From Marsupella aquatica (Eukaryota > Plantae > Marchantiophyta), in assembly GCA_973895155.1 (NCBI GenBank), contig OZ316892.1, positions 4,920,510 through 4,984,509 of the forward strand: DNA of 64,000 bases. The letters are read 5' to 3'. Position 1 is the stretch's first letter, and each line of letters starts with the position of its first letter. A program made the position numbers and the translations under genes. This document shows, in pieces, positions 29,861 through 41,459 of this stretch. A model generated the notes under the pieces. It saw only the letters and a list, made by a program, of their open reading frames with translations. It had not been told where the DNA came from and searched no databases.

Positions 29861-30192
29861 GGGGGGGGGGGGGGGTTCCGGTAGGGTTTGGGAGAGTCCT
29901 GGCGGGGTCCAGGTGGGGTCCGGGGCATCCGGGGGAGTCTGGGCAGGGTCTGGGTGGGGTCCGGGGAGTTTGGGCAGGGTCTGGGTGGGGTCCGGGGGAG
30001 TTCGGGTCGGGTTTGGTTGGGCTGGGGTCGGGGTCCGGGGAAGTCTGGGCCGGGTTCGGATGGGCCGGGCTGGGGTTTGGGGGAGTCCGGGGGAATCAGA
30101 CGGAATATGCATCAAATTGTACGTTTTTGGCTGTCATTTGACGGTTTTATGTGCTCGGCAAGCCGTCAACTTGCCCGTCAGGTTAAACCTGG
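29861..30192. mobile_element. hAT-family MITE derivative with a single TIR and G-rich interior
   Basis: Flanked by the 8-bp direct repeat CTTTGCAG (29853-29860 and 30193-30200). The right end ...CCCGTCAGGTTAAACCTGG matches the termini at 30784 and 63375. The left end is a G15 run. Confidence 0.7.
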
Positions 30193-30783
30193 CTTTGCAG
30201 TCACCATGGCAGCTACAGTCAGCTCTTCCTTAGTGCAACTACCCAGACCAAGCATTTAGTGTGCACTCTGAGCTATGTCATAAGTGCAAAAACTTTGGAA
30301 GCATTTATCGATAAGAGCGCAGACGATGACGACTCACTCACTCTGTCTGTCAGTTGACATTCTCGTGACCTTGTTCCCTGCCCTTAATTAATGTGATCCT
30401 CTATTTCATAAGTGCAACTTTATTTACTTAAATTTATACTGGATTCATGAGTAAGTGTATGTAGGGCAGAACATTCATCTATTATTTGTTTTTGCCTCAT
30501 CCTTCAATTTTGTAGACTATGGCGGCCCCGGCCATGTACCCCTTGTAAATCAATGTACGTTGTGGCTTGAGGGCATTTATTTCATCGAGAAATTGACAGC
30601 ATGCTGACGGCGAATGATTATAACTTGACAGTCCAGCTGTCCAGGGCCTCGGCACGAGTGTTCTAACAGCTTTCATTTACCGTCGAGTACGATTCTTTTG
30701 ACGACTGTGACAATTTAGTGGAGGATCTGATGTTTACAACTATAGTCAAAATCAGTACATCCGTTACGAGCGTGACGCATGTG

Positions 30784-31225
30784 CCAGGTTTGAAGTGACG
30801 GGCAACTTGCCGAGTTGCCGGGCACGTAAACTCGGCATTTGCCGGGAAAAAATTGGCCCAAATGCCGGCTGGGCAGTGATACTTAGGCCGGGACAGGGCA
30901 GGGATAGGCAGGGACCGGCCGGAATAGGTCGGGACAAGCCGGGGGTCGGGCCGGGAGAGGCCGGGAGAGGCCGGGGGTCGGGCCGGGACAGGCCGTGATC
31001 TGGGCCAGGACAGGCCAGGTTTGGGGCCGGGAGAGGCCCGGACAGGCCGGGACAGGCTGGGGTCGGCCCGGGACAGGGTCGGGGCAGGTGTGAGCCAGCC
31101 GGGGCGGGAAGTCATGGCCGGGCCGGGCTGGGAAGTCAAGATCGGCCGGACCGGGACGGTCCGGCTGACAAGTTGCCGGTTGACGTACTCTAAAGCCTCT
31201 ATTTGCCGGGCAAGTCCAAACCGGG
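30784..31225. mobile_element. hAT-family MITE (442 bp)
   Basis: Imperfect TIRs CCAGGTTTGAAGTGACGGGCAA / TTGCCGGGCAAGTCCAAACCGGG. Perfect 8-bp TSD CGCATGTG (30776-30783 and 31226-31233). Interior is made of GGCCGGGACA-like units. Confidence 0.88.
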
Positions 31226-31860
31226 CGCATGTGGCCCTGAGATCAGATTCTGATAATGATTCTGGAAAGGTACAGCGCGCACTGCCTCCTTAGTCCATAG
31301 TGAAGTTAGTGGCCCAAATAGACCCGAGTATCCTCAATAGACCCGACAAATCGTTCCGCTATGCTACAGTAGTAAAGTTACGGAAAACGGTGTTGATTAG
31401 GAATTCAATTGCTCTGAGATGCAAGTTTCACCGGGAGCAATTGACAGTGACAGCAACGGGGCGCCGAACTCAGCGGTGCCCACATGATTAGTACGTGCAG
31501 TCGGCTGGCTCGATCTCAAGAAAGGTCTAGTGGAACGTGTAGTACGTCCAGTTGAGAACCTGAAAGCGGATTAGGTCAATTGGAACTCATGTATTGGATC
31601 TCACCATCTCACCATCTCACCATACTCATGTGTTGGATCGGCCAGTTGTAGCACTTCCAAGTAGGCCCTTCCGTTCGGATGGGGTAGAAAAGGGACCACT
31701 TCCATAATTTGTAGGGCTTGTTGAAATGGGGGCGCGTAGTGAAGCTGGATTCTGTTGATAATTATATAATCAGGTGTCGATCGGAGGAAATGTCAAAATT
31801 GCTCAAACGTTTCTCTCTTCGGGCACGGAGACGAAGTTGAGCAGTTGCTAAGCCGCAAGA

Positions 31861-33015
31861 ATGGAGAGAGAAGAGGTGTGCAGGACTTTGCCCGATGAGC
31901 TGGTGGAAAGGATTGTTTCTATGGTACCGTTTCTCTCCATCTTCAAAGCTCGGTGTCTATCGAAATCATGGCTGGCCAGACTCTCCTCACTTCCACGCAA
32001 AGAACAGGATAAAGCAAAGAAGCTCCTTGTGACATCCTTTCACAAGCTGGTGGCTGAGAGGTCCCCGAATTGGAGGATCTTCTGCCCTGTCGTTATCAGC
32101 ATGGAAGCCATTGTTCCTTACGACCGGGCACCTCAAAATTGGCGGAAAGTGCCATCGTTGTCATTCCTCGGCGAAAATGTGCTCAGTATCACATCAGATC
32201 TGCAATTGGAAGGAGCTCTCTTGCTTATATTAGCTCTGTCGTGGTATGAACCAGATGGCCACATTTACGTGGCCAACATTTTGAACCGGTCTTGGAGGGA
32301 GTTGCCACCTTCTCCTAGGACTACCAGCCTGTGCAAACTGCATTGTTCCAAGTTGGTGTTGGATGACAACTCATTGGGGACATACAAGGTGATTCTGTTT
32401 TGGGAAGACCATGGTGCTAATTCTTATTTTGTTCAAATGTACGATTCTAAATCAGATTCGTGGACTAGCAACGACCTCCCCGAGAAAAATTGCTTAAAAT
32501 TCCCGACCGTTGGAGCCACCAATTTAGCCTATTTCAACGGATTTGTATACACTCTACCAATTTGCATCCCACGAAAACTCTGGGCCTTCGACTTAGAAGA
32601 CGGTAATATGAATGTGATTGATTTATCATTCACCGACTTTGTGCTGGATGATCGTTACTTTCTAGTGGTTTGTAAAACCGACCTGCTGATGATCATTGGA
32701 AAGACTGAACCTCGTCTCCATTTTCAAGTGGTGAAGATTGATCTTGACTCCCTGACTTTGGTGCATTTAGCTGAGGGCCCTCCTGAAGGTTTCGAGGTTG
32801 ATATGATACACCAGGTCCCAATAAGTGAGAATTCTTGCATATTCTTCTGTGTGGCAGACTTTGACGATCGAATCCTGCAATACGAAATCGAAACCAATAC
32901 GTGGAGTTGGTTACCTTTCCCTACTTCTACTGACTGTGCAGGTTGGGTATTCCCTGGGATCCTTCGGGCAAATTTTTCGTTTCAACCTGGTTTGAGCCCC
33001 TTTGCTGCAGTATGA
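31861..33015 (+). CDS. F-box protein with a divergent beta-propeller-like C-terminal region, intronless, 384 aa
   Basis: N-terminal F-box LPDELVERIVSMVPFLSIFKARCLSKSW; NILNRSWRELPP, YKVIL..VQMYDSKSDSW and YEIETNTWSWLP repeats; C-terminal FQPGL typical of plant F-box/kelch-like proteins. Confidence 0.9.
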   Translation: MEREEVCRTLPDELVERIVSMVPFLSIFKARCLSKSWLARLSSLPRKEQDKAKKLLVTSFHKLVAERSPNWRIFCPVVISMEAIVPYDRAPQNWRKVPSLSFLGENVLSITSDLQLEGALLLILALSWYEPDGHIYVANILNRSWRELPPSPRTTSLCKLHCSKLVLDDNSLGTYKVILFWEDHGANSYFVQMYDSKSDSWTSNDLPEKNCLKFPTVGATNLAYFNGFVYTLPICIPRKLWAFDLEDGNMNVIDLSFTDFVLDDRYFLVVCKTDLLMIIGKTEPRLHFQVVKIDLDSLTLVHLAEGPPEGFEVDMIHQVPISENSCIFFCVADFDDRILQYEIETNTWSWLPFPTSTDCAGWVFPGILRANFSFQPGLSPFAAV

Positions 33016-34586
33016 GCTAAACATTTATGATGTGTACACCGTATCTGTTCCACTCGACTCCCCATGGCTTTTGATCTCAAAGAAGTTCTACTGCTTGATG
33101 AACGTAGCTTTGGAGGCACATCAAGAACTATGATTTTTTCGTTAGGTTCCTGAAGGAGATCCATCCGTAACAGGATGAACAGGGGCGTTTTCGCATGCAG
33201 TGGGAACTGTGAACTTATCTATGAAGATGAGCAGACAGTTGTTGTTCCGTTTCGTCAACAGCAACGCAGTTGTCCTAAGACATCAATTGCTTCATCGGGA
33301 CAACTGAACAATTCTGTTGGCCGGGGCTGAGTGCACGCCGTTTCCTTGAAACATGTCAATCAAGCTTCGGAGCTGGTCCTAAATTTAGCGAGGCAAGGGG
33401 GATTAGTTTCATTTCCATTCTGTTGAACCTGCAAACGTCAAAACGTTCTTTCCTGATGAGTTTATCAGAACAAGCTGTTTCCATTCTGTCCCCTCTTTGA
33501 AGACCTTTTGTAAGATTCGCATAATTATACAAAAGGGTTTTTGATGGATATACTTGCAATCGTTTTTACGTACTTTCAGAAACATTATATCGATCCCATC
33601 TGGTTCTGTGGCTGACATTGTGTTGCACTTCCGGCGGCTAATTGCACTAGTAGTCCAATCAGGGTGTCAAGCGAATGCTGAATGAGTAAGTACTGATATA
33701 TGGAACTGTTTTTGTTTACACGGATGGCATAGGAATCTCTGGTATCTTGCTTCTGAAGGGATCGATGATGTCCCTAATGAATTGGATACGCGAATATGTA
33801 CACAGGGAAACGGCTACATGCTTGGAAAATTGGTGCATCATGTCGGTTAGAAAATTATTGTCTAAGTCAAGATTGAGTCGAAGGATTGAATCTAATTTTC
33901 GCACATGTAGCCATTTTGCACCAACATCTATTCGAGAATGTCCGGCTTTCACGGTTAGGACTCGAGAGAATTCAATGTAGGAAAGAGAAAAGGTAACAAT
34001 TTCGTTAGAACGTCTCATTCGAACGAAGGTTACTCCATATTGACATTCGTCGAGCAGGATTCCTCGGAAATGACTGACTCACGCCGGCCTTCACTCAAAT
34101 ACTCAATGTGAATGATTGACAGCAAACCAGAACATATCAGAATTCCTTCCGATCATTGAGGATGTGAGAGCTCGATCAGTTCCGAAGAGGGTAAATCTGG
34201 ACGCCAGGCTCTTTGTGTGGAAATGTTAGTGGATCATCTTCATCACTCAGCATATAGTAACGAACAAGACAATGGAGGTAGGGTTATCCCTGTTGTTGCT
34301 TCCAATTGTTGCCCCCTGAAGTCAATTGGGTAGATCCACACATGAAAGGCACGAAGCTAACAATTTGTCGGGAGACTTGTCCTGCGGGAAAAGTCCGAGG
34401 AGCTCTTTGTTCATAGCCCTCATTGATTTCGTTTAGTCCCGTTCGAAAACAAATTTTGGTCTCATAGCAAAACCCCAAAAACATAGTACGAGAAAATTAA
34501 ACAAATCTTATTAGAATATACTACAAGCAACGAAGTGGGAGATTGATCATTCAGTCTAAATTAATCAATATAGCGCTGATCCCGTC

Positions 34587-34780
34587 CTTGCATTTGGCAA
34601 GCCCTAGTCATATTGACACTTTCTTTATGGACTCTTAATAAACACACAGCCGTCTCAGGTCGGAAACACCTACTCTACTGTAGGTGATCTCATTTAAGTG
34701 ATCACGATCAAACCTGCGTTATGGAAACTGCCGCAGTCCAGAGGACCCAATGAATAACTTTTCCAACTCTTTCAGATTGT
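34587..34780 (-). pseudogene. Diverged duplicate of the 3' end (last codons plus 3' UTR) of the neighbouring germin-like gene
   Basis: Aligns by eye to 34904-35080 (cttgcatttggcaag...tatggactcttaataaacacacagcc...gaggaccca.tgaa.aa.ttttc.aactctttca). It encodes LKELEKLFIGSS against VKELENFFSGSS in the intact gene. Confidence 0.75.
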
Positions 34781-35008
34781 CCGGATCGAGATTAAACGCT
34801 ATAGCAGCATCTCCGACAAATGAGCTGGTCCTGCAAACCACTGTAGCTATTTTGTTCTAAAGCTCAACTCCAAACTAATAAATATAGCTCTGATGCCAAA
34901 TTTCTTGCATTTGGCAAGTTTAAGTCATATTTACACTCACTATGGACTCTTAATAAACACACAGCCTTCTCAAAGCTGAAACACCTACTCTACAATAGGT
35001 GACGTCGA

Positions 35009-35680
35009 TCAAGAGTACGCTGCAGATACTGCTACAGTCGAGGACCCACTGAAAAAGTTTTCTAACTCTTTCACAGTCTCCGCATTGAAATTGAAAGCGG
35101 TTTCTAGAACCTGCTCATCTACACCACTCCCGAAGGTGGAAGCACCGACATCTGATCTGCCCGGGTTCTGGCTATTCAGAGACAGCACAGCATGAGCCAC
35201 CGTCGTCCCCACATTGAGCTGAAAGTGCACGAGCCCGCGAGGAAACACTGTAATGTCACCCGCATGCAGCACATTCGACCATAGCTTGTTGTTCGTGTCC
35301 ACAAATCCCACCAACAGATCCCCCTCCACACAGTAGAGAATTTCACTCGCCCTTTGGTGCCAGTGGGGCACGTTGAGACCGCCCGGGTAGGCGAAGTCTA
35401 GCCTTGCAAACGAAATTCCCAGTGTATTGATGCCCGGAAACTGAGCGACGAAGGCTTTCTGGAGCGGGGCACCGAAGGGGCTGCTCAGATTGCCCTGCTT
35501 GGCGAGGCCCCCGAACACGAAGTCCTCTGGTACAACGATGGAAGGATCCTTGCAGAGAGAACCGCTTGCCACACAGAAGTCTTGAATTGAATCCGGGTCC
35601 GCTGCTGAAACCATGCTTGCGAAGAGCACCAGCGCTGATGCAAATGCCAGGCAGCGAAGGACTGTTTCCCTGATCGCCAT
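35009..35680 (-). CDS. Germin-like protein (cupin, Mn-binding, secreted), intronless, 223 aa
   Basis: Signal peptide followed by ADPDSIQDFCVA; germin boxes GGLNVPHWHQRASEILYC and GDITVFPRGLVHFQLN. TATA-like TATATAAA on the minus strand near 35830. Confidence 0.95.
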   Translation of the reverse strand: MAIRETVLRCLAFASALVLFASMVSAADPDSIQDFCVASGSLCKDPSIVVPEDFVFGGLAKQGNLSSPFGAPLQKAFVAQFPGINTLGISFARLDFAYPGGLNVPHWHQRASEILYCVEGDLLVGFVDTNNKLWSNVLHAGDITVFPRGLVHFQLNVGTTVAHAVLSLNSQNPGRSDVGASTFGSGVDEQVLETAFNFNAETVKELENFFSGSSTVAVSAAYS

Positions 35681-36429
35681 TTGTGAAGGGAGACACAACA
35701 AGTTTGAGAGTCTCAATGGTGGTGAAAGACCCTCAGAGCTCGCTGTTTGTGAATGGAAACACAACAAGCGAGACTCTAAGGCTGGCGAAAGACATTCAGA
35801 GTCTATTTTAGCTCCGAGCTCTCTTCATTTATATAGGTGCTCACTGAAATGAGTCCAGCACTCAATCTAAACCCAAAGAAGAGATCTGGGTCTGAGGTAA
35901 GAATAAAGCTTAAATGTGAGGTTAGCCTACTTTTAAAATCCATTGCTGAGTCGGCTTAGTCGAGCCGACTATTTATCCATTGCTGACCTGGCTTGGTTGA
36001 GCCGTCTATTATAATAGACGGTTGGAGTGGTCTGGGTTTGAGTCAAGAGCCGCCCTATGGCAGGATCTACGTCTAACAGTTAGGATCCAGAGCATCATGG
36101 TTAGATTTTGTAATAAAAACTCTAGTAAATTTGACTCCTTGGAGTGGGTTAGTGCACCCATCAGCTTGCTTATTTAGATCCATTAGGTCATCAACATATG
36201 AGGCATAAGTGAAGTAAGTAAGTAAAGTAATCTCTAAGCCAACTGGAATGGAGATTTGTACTTTATGTATGTATATAGTGCCTTGGATGTTAATGGGCAA
36301 ACTCTCTATAGATATACTTAGTTGTTTTAATTTCATAACTAAATGGAATGCATCTCTATAATTTGGAGTGTTTGATCATTATTTTGTCTTATCATCTAAT
36401 TCTATTTAAACTAAAAGGTTGGCCAACGC

Positions 36430-37067
36430 AATGGTAGAGTACTCAGCTTTAAGTGCCCATAATGTATTCTATTTGGTAACTCAATGATAGAATACTCAGC
36501 TTTTAAGTGCCCATATTGTATTCTATTTGGTTCTAGATATGAGATGGGGGCCTAATCATCGGACTGCTTTGTAAGTGATGTTCTCAGGCTATAAGGACAA
36601 ATCTGGCTATAAGCTACAAGAACTTCTATCACTAAATGGTCCACTAAATATAGAAAAAGTTTCATTTGGAGGTACACTAAGTATAGGTATTTGCCCACAC
36701 TGGGTACTCAATCTCACTGGAAAGTCCCTCACTCCACAAAATAGTACTATTTCAAGGGTCCCCTTGGTTATGTAAGCTTGTTTTATTGAAGTATTTGGAG
36801 CCATAAAAGAGTTGCACACCCGGTTGCACATTGGAATAGATAGATGAGAGGACAAAATTAAATGAAGGATTCTAAATGAATTGAATTTTAAACGTACTTA
36901 GGACAATTTCATTGAAGATAAATATGAGTACATGCATTCATGGAAATATATACTCCGTGCAAAACGTCTCCTCTAGTACCCTTTGTCTATACAATACATG
37001 TAAAATTTCATATAGTTCCTCTAGTACTCTTTGTCTATACAATACATGTAACATTTCATATAGTTCA
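36430..37067. repeat. Two short tandem duplications (~53 bp at 36430-36530; ~48 bp at 36968-37067)
   Basis: caatg.taga.tactcagcttt..gtgcccata.tgtattctatttgg occurs twice; cctctagtac.ctttgtctatacaatacatgtaa.atttcatatagttc occurs twice. Confidence 0.85.
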
Positions 37068-39180
37068 GACATGCAAAATATTACTTTGTCCATAGTAGTT
37101 GAAAGATCTTAGAATCCCTTGGTATTCCTCTAGCCATAGTAGTTATGGTGTTTATTACCTTTGCTTGTTACTCCTCTATCCATAGTAACCAAAGGGTTTC
37201 TTAAGTTACCTTGGTAAATGGTAGAGAAGTTGAAAAGTTTGTTGGGTTTCTTATGTTACCCTTTGTAAATGTTAGAGTAGTTGAAGAGTTCCTTTCTAGT
37301 TATCATTATTTCAAAAATGTGTAAATTAAATTAAAAAATTGAAACAGATTACCAGAAAACACTGACATATCAATCACAACTCATCCAAAGATAGTTTCTT
37401 TCACCCTATTTTACCTTTTTATTTCTTTACTTGAAATGTTTTCAGTTTTCCATTGTTTTTATTTACAGGGCTTTCCAAACAAGAGGGCTTTCCAAACAGA
37501 TCTTCATTGTTGAATGTAGCAGAATCCCTTTCTTTTATCTTAGCAGTCTGTCTAATCCATTTGCTTTAAGGTGATGGCTAACACGATAGCAGATTTAATT
37601 TGTACTCAGGCATGGAAATCATCATTTGTACAGAAAGAAGAGAACACTTACAAAGACCACAAATAGCAAACTATATCGACAAAGCTCCAAATATATCACA
37701 CTACAAAAGAACAAGAGGCGCCCAAACAGGAGGGTCCCAAAAGGATCAAACACCAAAATGTTCCAGCTAGGAGCAGCTAGACAGACTAGCTGGCAAAAGA
37801 CTGATTAGCTAGGTCCTGTGCAACGGACAGAGCTAGCTGAAAGTTTAAACCAGGATAGCAATATCCTTGAATCTGATGTAAATTTGCTAAGCTATGCAAC
37901 AGCCGGCTTGATAGCGGAACCTGCCGGCTTCTAGAAGACCGTCGCGTTCATCACATTCTGAGTCATTTGATGATGGAACACAACATAATCGAACTTCCTC
38001 GGTCTGGTCTTGCGTAGTTGTTGAGAAACTGGATCAGTTTAAGAGTGTATTTTAGTTCTTTCCTGTTCATGGGACCCTTTGAGCTTTTTGACTCTTTGGT
38101 TGTCCTGGACTTTTCCTTGTGTTTTCTCCTTTATTGGATCTTGTCTCTCTCGATCATGTGTCCAAGCCAGCTCTGGCGCTTCTTGCTCTTTCACAGGGTA
38201 GTCCTTGGCTTGCCCTTGCGTTTTCTCCAATCCTTTATTGGTACTTCTCTCTCGATTGTGTGTCCAGTTTTGACGCTTTTTCTGGTTTGAGAAACCAGGC
38301 CCGTGACCAAAGCGGTTTGGTCACAAAAGCTGCCAGTTACCAAAGAGGTTTGGTCATAGAAGTCTAGGATATCAAAGATTTTGCAAACAAGATGTTGTTG
38401 CACTGTAATGATATCATTGTGTAAAAACATGTTTGCGGAGAAATTTTGCTTGCACAAAAATGACGCTGGTAAAAGATTTTATCCCTATTGCATCATGCCC
38501 ATGAGTAACTATTAGATCTTCATTCTATTTTTGATTTCCTTTCTTGTCTAGTTTCCTATTGGTAATTAAGATTTCATTATACGTTCATTTTAAAGAAAGT
38601 TGCCCCTCTCTTTCCTCGAAGGTAAAAATAAAACTCACACCACACAACAATCAACCAAAAAATTATTATGGCCTACTGAAAACCAAAATAATAACAAACC
38701 AGGCTCCAAGAATCTGTCTTCCAACCTCCTCAAAAATTCAAATAGGTAAAACCTTTCTGTAAAAGGAAACCCCTATTCCAAGGAAATAGGGAAAAAATAC
38801 TTCCTTCCCTCATTGTTACTCTCCCCCTAGTTGTCGACCTACTAGAGTGTAGGCTATACATGTATACCTTGCAATTGTGACATGTAGTTCTTTATTGCTT
38901 AAATTTATAGCTTGTTTCATTTCTTATAATCTCAGTACTCGAGAAACTACTAGGGTAAACCTGGAATCGCTCCAAAAGCTAGTTAGTTTGTAATCAGACT
39001 AAGACTCCTTTTGGTGGATTAGATACTATAGTGGTTGATGAGAGTATGCTCAAGTGTGACGCCTTGCAATGGAATCTTGTTCGCATGATCTAAAAAATAT
39101 TTTCCATAACTAAGCTTAGTTGACCAACGTGACAAATAACAGATGGCAGGATGCTCTAAACTGCCTCATCAAATATATTA

Positions 39181-39943
39181 CACTGTTCACCATAATTAGT
39201 GTGAGTAACGTTAATTTGAGACTGTTCATTGTAATTAGTGTGAGTAACACTAGTTCAAGACTGTTCACCGTAATTAGTGTGAGTAACACTAATTTGAGAG
39301 CGCCCATTTTTGGGGTCTACTCGCAAATTAGTGTTAGTCACACTAATTCCTCGCGCGCCAAATAGTGTTACGTAACACTAATTATAGTGAACGCAAAATA
39401 GTGTTATGTAAAACTAATTCATGTGACTTTTTGACTCGTATCATGTGGCGCCAGAATGATGGGACTTCAAGTGTTTTTGGCAACCAGGCCTCGCATCACA
39501 GGCTCTTTGTTAGGGTATTCAGTTGTCACCCGCATCAAGGCTAACATTGATTGATGAGCACAATGTGAGTGGTAGTTCGATGTGAGTTCACAGAAAAAGA
39601 TCCCTAATAGATGCTTTAGCCTCCACGACCATAGAGCTCTTAGCACCTCCAAATGCTCTACTGTTGGATGTGAAATAAAACCTCCAAAAATGTTGTGCAT
39701 GGGAGTAAATGTTCCGGAGCCCTCAAATCCCTAGTATATACTCTAAGTAGCCCTCCATGACTACAGAGCTTACACCTCAGATGCTTTACAGTAATATGTT
39801 GAACAAAACATTTAAACAAAACCTGAAAAACAAACATTTTGAAAACCGACACCAATTAGTGTTACTTTTGCTTCCAGATTAAGTTCACATAAATTACTGT
39901 GACTAACACTAATTGGACATAACACTAATTATGGTGAACAGTG
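39181..39943. mobile_element. Non-autonomous CACTG-ended DNA transposon (763 bp)
   Basis: Perfect 22-bp TIR CACTGTTCACCATAATTAGTGT / ACACTAATTATGGTGAACAGTG, with TA on both flanks. Many subterminal AATTAGTGT..TAACACTAATT palindromic repeats, including a 39-bp tandem unit. Confidence 0.9.
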
Positions 39944-40159
39944 TAGTATTTTTGCCCAATCGCTTTAAACCTACCTTCCAGCAATTATTTTTCAAATGGC
40001 TCAAATTTTCCCGATTGAATTCCACCTCCGTGGAAAAATCTTAGCCACTATTGGCCAGTTTAATTGTCTTCCACTAGCTAGTTTCTCACCTAGCCACAAA
40101 CACAATTAGCCAGAAATTCTAGGCTATCCTAGCCTTTAAATGTATGGAGATCTAACCAT

Positions 40160-40178
40160 CATATATATATATATATAT
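40160..40178. repeat. (AT)n microsatellite
   Basis: Run of AT dinucleotides. Confidence 0.85.
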
Positions 40179-41459
40179 TATGGAAAATAAAATGATTATG
40201 TAAATATTCCCAGCTTATTGTCCTTGAGATAAGGTGACCACCTTGTGATGAGAAAGAAAAAAACCCTTATAAACCATCGTAGACTCCTGCTATATAACAA
40301 TCTCCCTTGTTGGCCCCGCCATGACATCAGATCGTCAATGTCAAATAGAAGGCAATAGTATCCAATATATAACATGTTCATCTTGGAACATGCTTCATTT
40401 TTTTGTCTTGTAGTGATGTGTAAATGACTATAATTGGATAATATTTGATAGCATTGAGTGGGAAAAATACACCACATCTATTTCTATAATATGCAATGCG
40501 GCCAAAAAATTATTTCGTTTGCTTATGAATTCAGAAATGGAGTGAACTAACATGAGCAGTTTGATTGTTTTAAATACTTATTTGTGCTCTTGGATTGACC
40601 GACCAGGTATGTCAAATGATTTGCTTGTTTAATAGTAAAATACAGAATAGAGATACCTACATGACATCACCTCAAATGTGTATTTTACACACGATTGGAA
40701 GGAGAATCTTTTGGGGCATGAGCGAGGGCATGAGAACATTTTTGAATTTTTGCATGTGAAGACAAATGGGTTAATTATGCTTTCTATTCCCTATTTTTCT
40801 TTTCCTTCTTCTCCGTAATTAATTGTGCATTTTTTTCCTGTTTATTTAATGATGCCAAGAAAGAAAAGGGGGGAGGAATGGAGTGGCATGAGTGAAGAAA
40901 GAGGAAAAAGCAGGGGAAAAAACGTTATCCTCCCAAAAGTATTGTGCAACCACACCTTGACCTGGCAAAGGACCCACGGGTTATCCCCTCTCTTGCGCTC
41001 CCTCTCACCCTTCCACATTGTTGCTCTCACCAACAACATAGCTTTCACAACAATAATAGCATCTTTTTCCAAAATAAAATAAAACTGCAAAAGTGAAGGC
41101 ATTATTTGATGTGCTATTTTGAACAAGGTATGTACATTCAAAACACTTTTATCATGAAATGGGCAAAACAGAATTACGACAAATCCAATAGTTTCAGTTT
41201 GATCCACCTAAAAACCTCAACCTTTAATGAATAGTTCTTTACCTTACCTCTATATATCTACACAATGTTTTGGCATTGGCTTGGCAACAACATGGCTGCA
41301 AGAACGACATAGTCGCAACACCCTCATGACTGGAGTGACTGCATATTTGCCATAATGACAACATGATTGCAACAACATTTGAGATGTCTAAGCAGTTTTT
41401 CTGTCTCACTTGCATTTCTTTGTATTGTTTACATTTATTTGGCTCACTTGCATTTCTTT

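Noticed and set aside
29781-31293. Several Pro/Gly/Arg-rich ORFs of 90-160 aa
   Set aside because: Artefacts of GC-rich repeats inside hAT MITEs.
37498-38524. Possible solo LTR or insertion bounded by the 11-bp direct repeat AGATCTTCATT
   Set aside because: No TG...CA ends with a matching TSD and no TIRs could be confirmed; the repeat may be chance.
39181-39420. Regularly spaced palindromic repeats resembling a CRISPR array
   Set aside because: No unique spacers and no cas genes. The repeats are subterminal motifs inside a TIR element in a eukaryotic genome.
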